From Minisyncoccota bacterium (GTDB taxonomy: Bacteria; Patescibacteriota; Minisyncoccia; JBAYJV01): DNA of 64,000 nt. The notes under the pieces are model-generated. The model searched no databases, was not told the DNA's origin, and saw only the letters and a program-made list of their open reading frames with translations. The translations under genes and the position numbers were made by a program. Shown in pieces: positions 42,497-54,131 of this stretch; within the stretch, counting starts at the first letter, position 1, and each line of letters begins with the position of its first letter. The DNA lies in contig JBAYJV010000003.1 of the NCBI GenBank assembly GCA_041664925.1, positions 21,179-85,178 of the forward strand, given 5' to 3'.

Positions 42497-43121
42497 ACTG
42501 ATTGCTTCAACTCCCAATCCGGAAAAGATCGTTTACTTGGCTGCGCGTCAAAGCAGGTATGCTGATGGAGTAGGCGATATTCCTAAAAAAGAAATCACAG
42601 ATCAAAAAGTCAAAGATTTAATAAAAAAACTTTTAGAATGGGGGCATTTCGGACCTTTTGAGCACCCTCATTTTACTTTCGTTCTCTCTGAAGTTTCCCG
42701 AGCATTCACTCATCAATTAGTCCGGCATCGAATGGCGACATACGATCAGCAATCGCTTCGTTATGTCAACAAGTCTGGTCGCAACCTCGAAACGGCATTT
42801 CCCCAGAAAATATCTAGCCAAAATAAAAAAGCAATTGAAGAATTTAATCGCCAATCAATTACGCTTTATGAAAAATTAGTCAAAGATGGCGTGCCAGCCG
42901 AAGACGCAAGATTTGTTTTGCCAATTGGCACAAAAACCGCTATCGTGATGACAATGAACGCCAGGTCAATGATGCATTTTCTAAAATTGCGCTTAGACAA
43001 ATCAGCTCAATGGGAAATTCGTGAAGGCGCAAAGGAAATTTTAAAAATAATGAAAAAAGAAATGCCGACAACCTTTGGTTGGTTCGCTAAGAATTGGGAA
43101 AAGCTAAAACTAACTCCTTAA
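42486..43121 (+). CDS. thyX: Flavin-dependent thymidylate synthase
   Basis: HQLVRHRM, QQSLRYV, EDARFVLP, AQWEIR. Confidence 0.95.
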   Translation: MKIKLIASTPNPEKIVYLAARQSRYADGVGDIPKKEITDQKVKDLIKKLLEWGHFGPFEHPHFTFVLSEVSRAFTHQLVRHRMATYDQQSLRYVNKSGRNLETAFPQKISSQNKKAIEEFNRQSITLYEKLVKDGVPAEDARFVLPIGTKTAIVMTMNARSMMHFLKLRLDKSAQWEIREGAKEILKIMKKEMPTTFGWFAKNWEKLKLTP

Positions 43122-43475
43122 AATTTTATAATAAATCATAAAGAACTAGCAGTAATTGCTAGTTTTTTATTGAAAAAAATTCATACTTGCCCTTCCGAAG
43201 CCTTGGCGTAGGAGGGCTTGTCCGTCCGAAGTCCCGGCTCGCCGGGACGAAGGAGGGTCATTCTGACCCCGGCAAGCCGGGGGAAGAATCTCTGAATTAT
43301 AGCTTTGAATTTTAAGTTATGGTTTTCCTGCCTGCCGGTAGGCATGGGAGTTTTGCGCTTTGAATTTTGATTTTTCACTCAAACTCTTGCATTTTATGCT
43401 TAATTGTGATATAATAGGTAATGAAAGAAGAGTTAGGGTTTCGTCAAACACACAAGCGAAAGAAGGAGGAAGAGA

Positions 43476-44027
43476 ATGGAGCGTTCGGTTTTCATGAAAG
43501 ATGGCGGAAATTGGGTTTGCACAAGTGGGCCGGACGAGATGTTTGTTTCTTCTGCGGTTCGGTCGGTTTTGACAGCTTTCTCAACTTCGGCGATAAATCT
43601 TGTTCGCACTTCAGACGGCGATCTGGTGATCGAGACTGAGGGTTGGGATGTTGTTCGTCGAAACAAGGTGATTTATCGAGGAGCATATCATGGGTTTTTC
43701 GATCTACAGAATGTCGGCGAAGTTGTCGCGGAATTGAAGGAGGCTTTGTTCTCACGATCTGTTCAGATCGGTGTTCTTGAGAGCTCAGAGATCAATGATC
43801 TCGTTTTCGATTTCATATCGAGGTTTCTTGACAGCCCGGAAAACGACATCGAGAAGAAGTTCAAAGCGGTTCTCGTCGTGATCCACGGAGGCGCGAGGAC
43901 GCGAGAAGAAGTCGAGCGTCTTGTCGAGCTTGAGTGGTGGAAGCTTCTGGCTGCGGTTCAACTTGCTCGTTCGGAGCAGATGAGCGCAGTCGAAGTTCTC
44001 GACCTTCTCGAACCAGTCGCCGCTTAG
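43476..44027 (+). CDS. Hypothetical protein, paralog of 54128-54670
   Basis: Shared YHGFFD, LDxPE..IExKFK, GGAR, AVEVL..PVAA. Confidence 0.7.
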   Translation: MERSVFMKDGGNWVCTSGPDEMFVSSAVRSVLTAFSTSAINLVRTSDGDLVIETEGWDVVRRNKVIYRGAYHGFFDLQNVGEVVAELKEALFSRSVQIGVLESSEINDLVFDFISRFLDSPENDIEKKFKAVLVVIHGGARTREEVERLVELEWWKLLAAVQLARSEQMSAVEVLDLLEPVAA

Positions 44028-44337
44028 GAGAGCGGTTCGTACTGGTAGAATTGGTGGATCCGTCCCGGTAGAAGTTTACCGGGACGTTTTTTTTATTTCT
44101 GTCATTCTGAATGGTTCGACAAGCTCACCATAAATTCCACGAAGAATCTCATGTTTTACAATTGATTTTCATCAAATCCATTGCATTTTACACTTAATTG
44201 TGGTATAATAGATGATAAGAGAAGAGTTTGGGGTTTTCTTTCAATAGCGACTTGGTTGGAAATTTATTCTTACTAATTCGCTGTTGAAACGACAGCCTTC
44301 GGTGGAGTACCGGAGAAATCCCGAAACGGGAGGAAAC

Positions 44338-44784
44338 ATGTCAAAAAAGATTACACTCACGAACACAACGGCGTTGGCACTGCAGATGGCGCAGGCATGC
44401 GCTGTACGTGCGTATGGCGAGTTGGAGAATCGTTTGTTCCTGCACTCGGAATACGATCCAATGGATTTTGTCTGGCAGGATGGCAATGGTGAAAGGATTG
44501 TTGACGGATCAATATGGTTCTATCCCCAGGACAGTGTTTCCATTAACTTCAAGTGTACTCTTAACTACGAGTACAGGAAGTTCACAGAAGCAACAGTTGT
44601 GATTAGGAGATGGGAGAAAGAAGACAAGAAGTTCATTTGTACCATTGAGGCCGGTGAGTTGCGGGTAGTTGACTGCAACGCCGAAGCTAAGAAGACTGAA
44701 GAAGTACCTGTTTCTCGTGGATTCTGGCGATCACTCGCCGATTTCTTCACGAGAAAACATGGTGCGAAGAAACTCTCGGTCTAG
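44338..44784 (+). CDS. Hypothetical protein behind three-hairpin leader
   Basis: GGGAGG SD, ATG 44338; family terminator 44829-44862. Confidence 0.6.
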   Translation: MSKKITLTNTTALALQMAQACAVRAYGELENRLFLHSEYDPMDFVWQDGNGERIVDGSIWFYPQDSVSINFKCTLNYEYRKFTEATVVIRRWEKEDKKFICTIEAGELRVVDCNAEAKKTEEVPVSRGFWRSLADFFTRKHGAKKLSV

Positions 44785-45110
44785 TCACTGCTTAGGAGAG
44801 CGGTTCGTCCCGGTAGAATTGGCGGACCCGTCCCGGTAGAAGTTTACCGGGACGCTTTTTTTATTGAAATTTATGTCATTCTTGCGAAGGCAGGAATCCA
44901 GTAACAATAAACAAAAACCGTCTAGGACCGTCCCGATAAAATAAATCCTCGACAGTTTTTGACATATGTGGGAGGCTGAGCCTCCCACATATGTCAGGGA
45001 AAATGGTATTGAGGTCAAACCTCAACACTTTCTTAATCTTATTTTGCTCGTCCTGCTTGGTTCGGTGGATTCGATAAACTCACCACAAACAAGCTCACCA
45101 TAAACTCCAC

Positions 45111-45316
45111 GAAGGAACTTGTCCTGAGAGAAGTCGAAGGAACTTGTCCTGAGAGAAGTCGAAGGAACTTGTCCTGAGAGAAGTCGAAGGAACTTGTCCT
45201 GAGAGAAGTCGAAGGAACTTGTCCTGAGCGAAGTCGAAGGAACTTGTCCTGAGCGAAGTCGAAGGAACTTGTCCTGAGCGAAGTCGAAGGAACTTGTCCT
45301 GAGCGGAGTCGAAGGA
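45111..45316. repeat. 8 tandem copies of 25-nt GAAGGAACTTGTCCTGAGMGRAGTC
   Basis: Direct count; reverse complement of the CTTCGACTTCGCTCAG element; no spacers. Confidence 0.93.
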
Positions 45317-45449
45317 TTGACTTTTCTCCATTAAGCATATACACTAAAATTAGTTCTTCAAAAAGTCCGCCTACGCCTTTTGGCTACGGCGAGACGTAAG
45401 AGCTTGTAAATTCGCAGGCTCATCAACAATCTCTAACGGAGGCGATACA

Positions 45450-45878
45450 ATGGCAGGAGGATCTCAGTTTGCGTTTGCGATAATATTAGGCATTTTCAGT
45501 GTTTTCTCATTTGTTGGTCATGTATTGATTCTGGGAATCGTCTTGGCAGTTTTGGCGGTTTTGATGATTATAAGGGGAATAAGAATATCGTCTGTAGTTC
45601 TTAGCGGCGATCATCCCGAAAGAAGAAAAGACGAAGTTTTTACAGGCAATGTCTATACTGACGATTTTGATGATCTTAGAGGGCTATATGGCTCAGGAGT
45701 TCGTTTCGGAGGGGTAGCCTATACTACTGACGGGGAATCGCTTGCCGGTACGCGCTTACGTCCTTGTTTCAGGACTATTGAATCTGTTGAAGCATTTGAA
45801 AAGAGACGAGCAACAGAAGAAACAGAAGCAATCATGAGAACCTTACGAGATGGTGGCGGACACGTGATTATCGCATAA
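45450..45878 (+). CDS. Hypothetical membrane protein
   Basis: GGAGG SD, two N-terminal TM segments. Confidence 0.6.
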   Translation: MAGGSQFAFAIILGIFSVFSFVGHVLILGIVLAVLAVLMIIRGIRISSVVLSGDHPERRKDEVFTGNVYTDDFDDLRGLYGSGVRFGGVAYTTDGESLAGTRLRPCFRTIESVEAFEKRRATEETEAIMRTLRDGGGHVIIA

Positions 45879-46391
45879 GGAGGAGGAATGGGTAAAGACA
45901 TGACTTCGCGGTTTTCAAAAAAGCGTAGTGTTTTTTCTTCCAGAGAAACAAGAGAACCGCAGTTGCCATTGCCGGCAACGCCAAGCGAAATTCGTTCTTT
46001 CAGAGAAGGGCTTAATGCGTCTTGTTAAAGACAAAGAGGACGCAATCAAAAATTGTCGATGCGATCTCCGGACAGAGAAACTTTGATTGTGAGGGCGACT
46101 AGTTAGCCGCCCTTTTTTAATTTAAATGAAAATATACAAAAAAGTGAAATATGTGGGAGGCTGAGCCTCCCACATGTGTCTGAGAAAATAGAAATGATTT
46201 TAAGTTTTGCCCTTTCGATTGATTTTTCCCGAAGAATATTATATATTAAAATTAAGTTCTTTAAAAAACAAAAGGAGATAATGTGATATACGGCGCAGTA
46301 GAAAATGCTAAACGCACAGTAGTAAAGGAAATGAGTGTAATAGGACCAATGATTCAAACAATTGCCACAAGACAATCAAAGGAGAGAAGAA

Positions 46392-46670
46392 ATGAAGCTG
46401 CTAACAAACATTTGGCGTAGGATTACGGGAAGAAATCTTCCTCAAGAATTTTATCAAGGAATCAACGTTAATTTAATCGGTACAATGCCCGACACAAGGA
46501 AAAATGATCCGAATCTTACTTCTGAGGAAATGGCATTGCGAGCTAAAGAAAATAGGGAAAAAATAGAGAGAATGTTTATTGAAAGTATGCTTAAAAGAGA
46601 AAAGATATTACATAAAACAACTTTTCATACACCATACAGTCGTGGAATAAGATATAAGGCAGCAGCATAG
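46392..46670 (+). CDS. Small hypothetical protein
   Basis: AAGGAG SD, MKLLTNIWRR. Confidence 0.45.
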   Translation: MKLLTNIWRRITGRNLPQEFYQGINVNLIGTMPDTRKNDPNLTSEEMALRAKENREKIERMFIESMLKREKILHKTTFHTPYSRGIRYKAAA

Positions 46671-46781
46671 TTCATCCTTACTTTTAGTTTCGGCGAGACG
46701 TAAGTCCTTCGACTTCGCTCAGGACGTAAGATTTTTCATTTTTTCGTTAACACTCAAAAGCAAAATCTAACGGAGGGAGGA

Positions 46782-47506
46782 ATGGAGCTAATGAAGGTCG
46801 ATGCAAGTAAGGTTGATGTATTAAGGAAATTACCAGATAGCGTAAGAAGGGAATACGAAAAAGACCCAGAAGGATTTAGAAATAGAAGAATTACTTTAGC
46901 GAGACACAAGGATGAGAAATCTGGCAACATCAAGACGACTTGTGCGACAGTAGGCAAGAGTCGTAGAAAAACATAGACAAGGAGAGAGAAAATGAAGAAA
47001 AAGAAAGGATTTTTGAAGTCTAGGACTCCTGGAGGAAAAGCGGCAAGACAACGAAGGCGGATGGTTAGGAAGACACTGATTGCTGGCGACAAAGAACTTA
47101 AGCCAGAGAGAGATCGAGCGATTTTTGGTGGCCCAAATCCAAGAGACATAATTGTTGATGGATAAGGAGGAAAATGGAAGAGAGACAAGGTGATCAGAAA
47201 GAAAGAGATTTACAGACTCGATTGGGTTCTGAATTTCAAAGAGATCCCCATGCAACTGTTGAAGGGTTTCTGAGAGGGGCTAAGGAAAGGCACGATCGTT
47301 TTCAGAGAATCTGTGATGGATTTCAAGGAATGCCAAAACCGATAAGAGATTTGCGATTTGAGACATTAGTTCATTCGGTTGCGACCATTAACCTTGATGA
47401 ACTAGAAAGAGAGATTACTGAAACTATTCAAACAGAAGAAGATAAGTTAAGAGATCAGCATCCTGACTGGCAAAGAATTCCAGTCGAAGCCCAGAGCGTT
47501 CCGTAA
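46782..47506 (+). CDS. Run of small hypothetical ORFs (46782-46976, about 46992-47151, 47174-47506)
   Basis: Each has an SD; shared terminator about 47506-47523. Confidence 0.45.
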
Positions 47507-47724
47507 AGCGGAACGCTTTTTTTGATTTTTGATTTTTTAATGATAAGATAAGGAAAGTTCTTTGAAAATATATAATTAATATAGTCCTTCGACTGGAACT
47601 GCAAATAGCGATACCCTCCTTCTCCCGCCTGCCTGCCGGTAGGCAGGGCAAGCCGGGATACGGAAGGGTGTAAGTTTTTCTATTTTCTCTCTTATGGTTC
47701 GAAAAGAAAAACTAACAACGGAGG

Positions 47725-48390
47725 GTGAAAATGCAGACGAGATACGGTGGAATTGATGCAGTACTTTTTGATGTCAGCGGAGTCTTAATTGATGACATGA
47801 GAGCGGTTTACGAAACTAACATGAGAACGATTGAAGCTCATGGACAAAAAAGAATTACCTTTGAAGAGTGGCAAAGGATGCAGCCAATTACCTTAAAGAA
47901 ACTTCTTGAAAAACTTGGCGTTATCATGGAGCAAGAAGAAATCAATCGAGATTTTGAAAGAGTTTTTCTTGAAGTGCGTAAAGATCCAAGATTCGATCTA
48001 ACTTTGATTGACGGCGCCGTAGAAGCACTAGCCAAGCTTGAGCGTTCAGGCATTAAGCTTTTTGTGGTGAGCGCTCACGCAAAAGGTACCCTAGAACTAG
48101 AACTTGCAAGACTTGGTATTAGAAACTTTTTTGCGGATGTCATTGGCGGGACAAGTCAAGATAAAGCAACCGCAATTAAGAAATTGCTCCGATCAAATAA
48201 TTTGGATCCAAAAAGAGTTATTTTTATAGGAGATACAATTCATGATCTTATTTCAGGGAAGATTGCCGGAGTTAAAACTGCGGCAGTTTCGACGGGATAT
48301 AACACTCACGAAACATTAATTGCGCAGAATCCAACGATTTCTGTTTCTCGTTCTTTAGATGAGTTTCTCAAAGAACTTGGCATTGATTAG
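47725..48390 (+). CDS. HAD superfamily hydrolase (phosphoglycolate phosphatase-like)
   Basis: LFDVSGVLID, FIGDTIHD. Confidence 0.85.
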   Translation: MKMQTRYGGIDAVLFDVSGVLIDDMRAVYETNMRTIEAHGQKRITFEEWQRMQPITLKKLLEKLGVIMEQEEINRDFERVFLEVRKDPRFDLTLIDGAVEALAKLERSGIKLFVVSAHAKGTLELELARLGIRNFFADVIGGTSQDKATAIKKLLRSNNLDPKRVIFIGDTIHDLISGKIAGVKTAAVSTGYNTHETLIAQNPTISVSRSLDEFLKELGID

Positions 48391-48462
48391 CAATCTACGG
48401 AATAACAAAACCCACCTAAGAGTTAGGCGGGTTTTTTAAGTTTAAAATTTAAAGTTAAAAGT

Positions 48463-50211
48463 TCAAAGTGAAGGTAGGATTTTTTCCAAAAAATCCTTAA
48501 TTTTCATTTCCCCAATATCTCCCTTGCCTCTTTCTCTGATTCTAACTGTTTTTGCGCCAACTTCCTGATCGCCAATCACGAAAATATAAGGAGTTTTTTG
48601 CATTTCTGCTTCTCTGATTTTCTTGCCAATCGTTTCGTTTCTTTCGTCGAGTTCAACTCTAATTTTTGAAGCCTTTAACTCTTTGACAATTTCTCTTCCA
48701 TAATCAAGGTGTTTATCTGATATGGGCAAAATCTTTACTTGGACAGGAGAAAGCCACATGGGAAAAGCGCCGCCGTAATTTTCAATCAAAACGCCCATGA
48801 ATCTTTCAAGCGACCCCAAAAGGGCGCGATGAACGACAAAAGGTCTTTCTTTTTCACTTTTTGCATTAATAAATGAAAGATCAAATTTTTCCGGCAAATT
48901 AAAATCAATCTGAATAGTTGATATTTGCCAGGTTCTTCCGAGTTCGTCTTTAACTTTAATATCAATCTTTGGTCCGTAAAAAACTGCTTCGCCTTCGTCG
49001 CGCTGGAATTTCCATTTTTCTTGCTCAAGTGCCTTTTCAAGAGTAGCTTCGGCGTCATTCCAACCCTCTTCGGATCCTAAGTATTTATCTTTATTTTTTG
49101 AATCACGAACACTTAATCTCACTTCGTATTCTTTGAAATCAAACTTTGTGAGAATTTCTTTAGTGAGGCGAACGACATTTATTACTTCGCTTAATAATTG
49201 ATCTTTGCCAGCACAGAAAATATGAGCATCGTCTTGAGTAAAGCCGCGAACGCGAACCAATCCATGCAAAGTGCCTGATTTTTCATAACGATAAACTGTT
49301 CCTAGTTCTGTGTAGCGGATAGGAAATTCGCGATAACTTCTCAAACTCGATTTATAAATCTTCATATGAAATGGGCAGTTCATCGGCTTGAGCTGATAGT
49401 CGCCCTTTTCTTCCTTGTCGATTTCTGCCATATGAAAAGATGGAAACATGCTGTCTTTATAAAACCCGGTGTGTCCGGAAGTTTTCCAGAGTTTTAAATT
49501 AGCAATATGAGGGGTATTTAGCAGCTGATATCCTTCTTCAAGATATCTATCCAAAACATAAGTTTCAATAATGCGTTTGAGTAGCGCTCCTTTAGGATGC
49601 CACAAAATCAGTCCCGGACCAACTTCATCATCAATATGAAAAAGATCGAGTTGTTGTCCTAAAAGACGATGATCTCTTTTCTCAATTTCTTCCTGAAGTT
49701 TTAAATAAATATCCAGTTTATCTTTTGATTCAAAAGCAACGGCATAGATTCTTTGAAGCTGGGCGTTGTTTTCGCTTCCCTTCCAGTAGGCGCCAGCAAG
49801 CTTGGTTAGTTTAAATCCTTCCGGATCAATTTCCTTAGTATTTTCTATATGAGGACCCTTGCACAGGTCGACAAAATCGCCGGTTCTATAAATAGAAACT
49901 TTCTTTTCACCCTCTTCTTTTAAATCATGAATGAGTTCCAATTTATAGGGCTCATTTTTGAAAATCTTTTCTGCTTCTGAAAAGGATTTTTCTTCTTTAA
50001 TAAAATCAAGATTTTGTTTTATGATTTTCTTCATCTCTTTTTCGATTTTCAGAAGATCAGCTTCTGTTATTTTAGAAGATAAATCAAAATCATAATAAAA
50101 GCCGTTTTCAATTGTCGGTCCGATGCCAAAAATTACTTTCGGATAAAGTTTTTTAACCGCCATTGCCATAATGTGAGATAAGCTATGGCGTATATTTTCT
50201 ATATTAGACAT
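48463..50211 (-). CDS. thrS: Threonine--tRNA ligase
   Basis: RHSLSH, DLCKGPH, KPMNCPFH, RVRGFTQDDAH, HRALLGSLERF. Confidence 0.97.
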   Translation of the reverse strand: MSNIENIRHSLSHIMAMAVKKLYPKVIFGIGPTIENGFYYDFDLSSKITEADLLKIEKEMKKIIKQNLDFIKEEKSFSEAEKIFKNEPYKLELIHDLKEEGEKKVSIYRTGDFVDLCKGPHIENTKEIDPEGFKLTKLAGAYWKGSENNAQLQRIYAVAFESKDKLDIYLKLQEEIEKRDHRLLGQQLDLFHIDDEVGPGLILWHPKGALLKRIIETYVLDRYLEEGYQLLNTPHIANLKLWKTSGHTGFYKDSMFPSFHMAEIDKEEKGDYQLKPMNCPFHMKIYKSSLRSYREFPIRYTELGTVYRYEKSGTLHGLVRVRGFTQDDAHIFCAGKDQLLSEVINVVRLTKEILTKFDFKEYEVRLSVRDSKNKDKYLGSEEGWNDAEATLEKALEQEKWKFQRDEGEAVFYGPKIDIKVKDELGRTWQISTIQIDFNLPEKFDLSFINAKSEKERPFVVHRALLGSLERFMGVLIENYGGAFPMWLSPVQVKILPISDKHLDYGREIVKELKASKIRVELDERNETIGKKIREAEMQKTPYIFVIGDQEVGAKTVRIRERGKGDIGEMKIKDFLEKILPSL

Positions 50212-50227
50212 GATGTAAATTAAAAAC

Positions 50228-53200
50228 TTATTTTAATTCTTGCACTTTTTCGCAGATCATTTTTGCGACATCACTCCTGGTGTCAATTTTACCTTCAACC
50301 AAGATAATCTTATCTTCTACCCAGATACTAGGATCTCTGCGCAACATCTTAGGAAAGACAATCACCTCTATTTTCCCGGTTAAATCTTCCAGTTCTACAA
50401 ACACCATTTGATCGCCTTTCTTTGTAACAACTCTTTTGATCGAGCTGATGATGCCGCCGATTTTCTGAGTGCTGCCATTAAACCCAAAGCTAGTATCTAT
50501 ATTATCTATCGGAAAGGTCTTTTTTTCAAGAGTTTTACGGTATTTTTCAAGAGGGTGAGATGAAACATATAACCCAAGAAGTTCTTTTTCCCAACGAAGC
50601 GTTTCTTGGCCATCGACATCTGGATATTTTTTAAGCTTAAGATTTAGGTCTTTTACATCTTGTCCTGAAAAAAGACTGGTTTGGCCATTAGCTTTATTTT
50701 TTTGATTTTCTTTAGCAATTTTAAGAATATTTTCAACGTTTCCCAAGAGCGTGCTTCTTGATTCAAAACTATCAAGAACCCCGGCTTTTATAAGGGATTC
50801 TAGTGATTTTTTATTTAAATCTTTATGATTGACTCTTTCAATAAAATCTTCGATATTTTTATACGGTCCGTCAGTTTTTCTTTCCTGAATCATAGCGTCA
50901 ATAAGATGATCGCCGACATTTTTAATAGCTGTCAGCCCGAAACGAATCTTATTAGGAGATGAGTTTTCTTTTTCCGGTTTGACGATTGTGAAGTTTTCCC
51001 ATGATTCATTAATATCTGGCGGAAGAACTTCAATCCCCATATCGCGAGTAGCATCAACCAATTTAGCAATTCGATCAATATTGGCGCTTTCCGAAGTCAT
51101 CAAAGCAGCCATAAATTCAGCCGGAAAATGAGCTTTCAAATAGGCAGTTTCGTAAGCAATATGCGCGTAGCAAGCAGCATGGGATCGGTTAAAACCATAT
51201 CTTGCAAAGGGCTTGATGAATTGCCATATCTGACGAGCAATATTTTTGTCAATGCCATTTTTGATCATCCCTTCAATCAATTTCTTTTCCTGGGCTGCAA
51301 GAAGTTTTTCAATTTTTTTACCTACCGCTTTTCTTAATTGATCTGCTTCAGTATAAGTCAATCCGCCCAATTCTTGAGCCAGCTGAATGATCTGTTCCTG
51401 ATAGACGATAATGCCATAAGTTCTCTCAAGGCCTTTTTTTAATTTAGGGTGGATGTATTCTGGCGCCTCAAGACCATGTTTTCTTCTAATAAAACTAGGA
51501 ATAAGTTCCATGGGACCAGGTCGATAAAGAGCCACCATCGCGATAATATCTTCCATTTCTGTCGGCTTAAGCTGTTTTAGATAACGCGTCATTCCTCCAG
51601 ATTCAAGCTGGAAAATGCCGATGGTTTTGCCATCGCGCAAAAGCTTAAAAGCCTTATCATCATCCAGAGGAATGTCGGAAACTTTGATGCGCTGTCCGCG
51701 AGTAGCTTTTACAATCTTAAGAGTATTTTCAATAACAGTTAAGTTTTTCAGTCCCAAAAAGTCCATTTTCAAAAGTCCTAGCGATTCAACGGCGTGCATT
51801 TCATATTGGGTAACAATAGTTTTATCACTTTGAGAGGCATACTGAAGAGGGGTGAAATTTGAAAGCGGATCTTCTGTGATGACAACGCCGCAAGCGTGAG
51901 TAGAAGCATGGCGAACCACGCCCTCAAGTTTTTTTGCATATTTAATCAGTTTTTTAGCGTTTTCATCTTTTTCACAAAGGTCTCTGAGCTCGGTAACTTC
52001 TTCAAGCGATTGTTTAAGCGAATAACCAAAGGGAATCATTTTAGCAATTTGATCGCAGAAAGAATAAGAAATTCCTAAGGCGCGACCGACATCTCGAATC
52101 GCCATACGCGATGCCATTGTTCCAAAAGTAATAATTTGTGCGACTCTATCTTGGCCATATCTTTGACGCGCATATTCAATCACCTCATCACGCCTCATGT
52201 CGGTAAAATCAATATCAATATCTGGCATGGAAATTCTGTCGGGACTCAAGAATCTTTCAAACATCAGATCGTATTCCAAAGGATTAACATCGGTAATGTT
52301 CAAAGCATAAGAAACCAAACTTCCCGCCGCGCTTCCTCTTCCTGGTCCCACAACAATTCCGTTATTCTTTGCCCAGTTAATAAAATCTTGAACAATTAAA
52401 AAATATGAAGCATAACCGGTTTTTTCAATGATTGAAAATTCATAATTGATTCTATCTTTAACGACTTTTGTGTCAGCCTCTTTTTTAAGGCGCTTCTTTA
52501 TGCCAACATCAACCAACTTTCTAAGATACAAAAGAAGATCGGTTTCTCCTTCTGGCAAATCAAACTTTGGCAAATGAATTGTTTCCAAATCAAGTTTGAC
52601 GTCGCATTTCTTCGCAATATCTTGGGTTGTTTCAATTGAAGAAGGGTAATCCTTGAAGCTCTTTGTCATTTCTTCTGGAGATTTTAATGAAAAATCGTAA
52701 TTCTTCATCGTCATTCTGTCTTCATCGTAAACCTTATTTCCCGTTTGAACTGCCACCAAAATATCTTGAGCAAGCGCATCGTCGGGATTGATATAATGCG
52801 AATCCTGAGTGGCAACAATCTGCACATCAAGTTCTTTTGCAAGCTTCGCCATCGCTTTATTGACAATTTCCTGTTCTTCAAGTCCAGGATGATGTTGAAG
52901 TTCCAAATAAAAATCGCCTTTTTTGAAGATTTCCTTCATTCGCAAAATAATCTTTTTCGCTTCATCAATTTTTCCTGAAAGGATTGTTTTGGGAATATGT
53001 CCTGAAAGACATCCTGACAGTGCAATGACGCCTTCCGAGTAATTTTCCAGCAGATCGTAATCAACGCGCGGCCTATAATAAAAACCCTCTAAATGAGCGA
53101 GGGTTGTCAGTTTTAAAAGATTTTTATAACCTTTTTCGTTTTTGGCGAGAAGCGTCAAGTGATAATTAAGCGCATCTGACTTTGATTGCTTATTTTTCAT

Positions 53201-53428
53201 ACCGCCCGGCGCAACATAAGCCTCAACGCCAATAATCGGTTTGATGTTTCGAGCCTTGGCTTTTTGATAGAACTCAATAGCGCCGTACATGACGCCATGA
53301 TCAGTCAGCGCAATTGCTTCCATTCCATCTTTTTCGCATTTATCGAGAATTTCATCAATCTTGGAAAGCCCATCAAGCAAGGAATAATGGGAGTGGACAT
53401 GCAAATGTGTAAACAAAGATTTCGCCAT
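50228..53428 (-). CDS. dnaE: DNA polymerase III alpha subunit
   Basis: HLHVHSHYSLLDG PHP domain, GRGSAAGSLV, MPDIDIDF, C-terminal OB fold. Confidence 0.97.
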   Translation of the reverse strand: MAKSLFTHLHVHSHYSLLDGLSKIDEILDKCEKDGMEAIALTDHGVMYGAIEFYQKAKARNIKPIIGVEAYVAPGGMKNKQSKSDALNYHLTLLAKNEKGYKNLLKLTTLAHLEGFYYRPRVDYDLLENYSEGVIALSGCLSGHIPKTILSGKIDEAKKIILRMKEIFKKGDFYLELQHHPGLEEQEIVNKAMAKLAKELDVQIVATQDSHYINPDDALAQDILVAVQTGNKVYDEDRMTMKNYDFSLKSPEEMTKSFKDYPSSIETTQDIAKKCDVKLDLETIHLPKFDLPEGETDLLLYLRKLVDVGIKKRLKKEADTKVVKDRINYEFSIIEKTGYASYFLIVQDFINWAKNNGIVVGPGRGSAAGSLVSYALNITDVNPLEYDLMFERFLSPDRISMPDIDIDFTDMRRDEVIEYARQRYGQDRVAQIITFGTMASRMAIRDVGRALGISYSFCDQIAKMIPFGYSLKQSLEEVTELRDLCEKDENAKKLIKYAKKLEGVVRHASTHACGVVITEDPLSNFTPLQYASQSDKTIVTQYEMHAVESLGLLKMDFLGLKNLTVIENTLKIVKATRGQRIKVSDIPLDDDKAFKLLRDGKTIGIFQLESGGMTRYLKQLKPTEMEDIIAMVALYRPGPMELIPSFIRRKHGLEAPEYIHPKLKKGLERTYGIIVYQEQIIQLAQELGGLTYTEADQLRKAVGKKIEKLLAAQEKKLIEGMIKNGIDKNIARQIWQFIKPFARYGFNRSHAACYAHIAYETAYLKAHFPAEFMAALMTSESANIDRIAKLVDATRDMGIEVLPPDINESWENFTIVKPEKENSSPNKIRFGLTAIKNVGDHLIDAMIQERKTDGPYKNIEDFIERVNHKDLNKKSLESLIKAGVLDSFESRSTLLGNVENILKIAKENQKNKANGQTSLFSGQDVKDLNLKLKKYPDVDGQETLRWEKELLGLYVSSHPLEKYRKTLEKKTFPIDNIDTSFGFNGSTQKIGGIISSIKRVVTKKGDQMVFVELEDLTGKIEVIVFPKMLRRDPSIWVEDKIILVEGKIDTRSDVAKMICEKVQELK

Positions 53429-53738
53429 AGCCTACAGGGTTAAAAAAGTTTAAAGTTTAAAGTGAAAAGTTCAAAATTACAGTGTAAAATTTAAAATCAT
53501 AAATTCTTCCAACATTTTGCACTTTTCCATCTTCCGCCAAGGTTCTCCGACATTTTGTCGGAGGTTCTTCCTTTTAACTTTTCACTTCCTTTCTATTCTA
53601 AACTTTTTTATACTAACTTCAATTGGGGATAAGTGTCAAAATTCCACAAAACTCTTGCATTTTACACAATATTGTGCTATAATGTATAGTGAAAGAAAGG
53701 TTAGGGTTTTCGGTTTGAAAATACGCTAAGGAGGCAAA

Positions 53739-54131
53739 GTGAAAGACGGCAAAGTTGTGATTCTTGTCGTGGATGACAGTTTTCCCGACTGGAAACACGA
53801 ATGGGAACATGAGCTTCCCGATGGCGTTGAGGTCGTTTCGACTATGGAGCTTGAGGAAGGCAGGAGGCTTTTCCAGGAGCGCAAGAACGAAATCGACATC
53901 ATCGTCATTGATTATCAGGTCATCGGCGGAACGACGCCGGATCTGATTCGTGAAATCAAAGCATCGGGATTTAAGGGAGTGGTAATTGGCGTGTCTTACA
54001 CGACAATTCAACCGCTCATCGACGCTGGTTGCGATTACACTTGTGACCGCAAGTGTCTGTTCCACGATCGTGAACTTAACATCTTCGGTCACCTCGAGGA
54101 AGAAATCGCGAAAGCGAGGAGGGCGGAATGA
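53739..54131 (+). CDS. Single-domain response regulator receiver-like protein
   Basis: VILVVDD, IDIIVIDY, VVIGVS. Confidence 0.7.
   Translation: MKDGKVVILVVDDSFPDWKHEWEHELPDGVEVVSTMELEEGRRLFQERKNEIDIIVIDYQVIGGTTPDLIREIKASGFKGVVIGVSYTTIQPLIDAGCDYTCDRKCLFHDRELNIFGHLEEEIAKARRAE

Noticed and set aside
45039-45344. ORFs LRLRSGQVPSTSLRTSS and a possible CRISPR
   Set aside because: Translation of a spacer-less 25-nt tandem repeat
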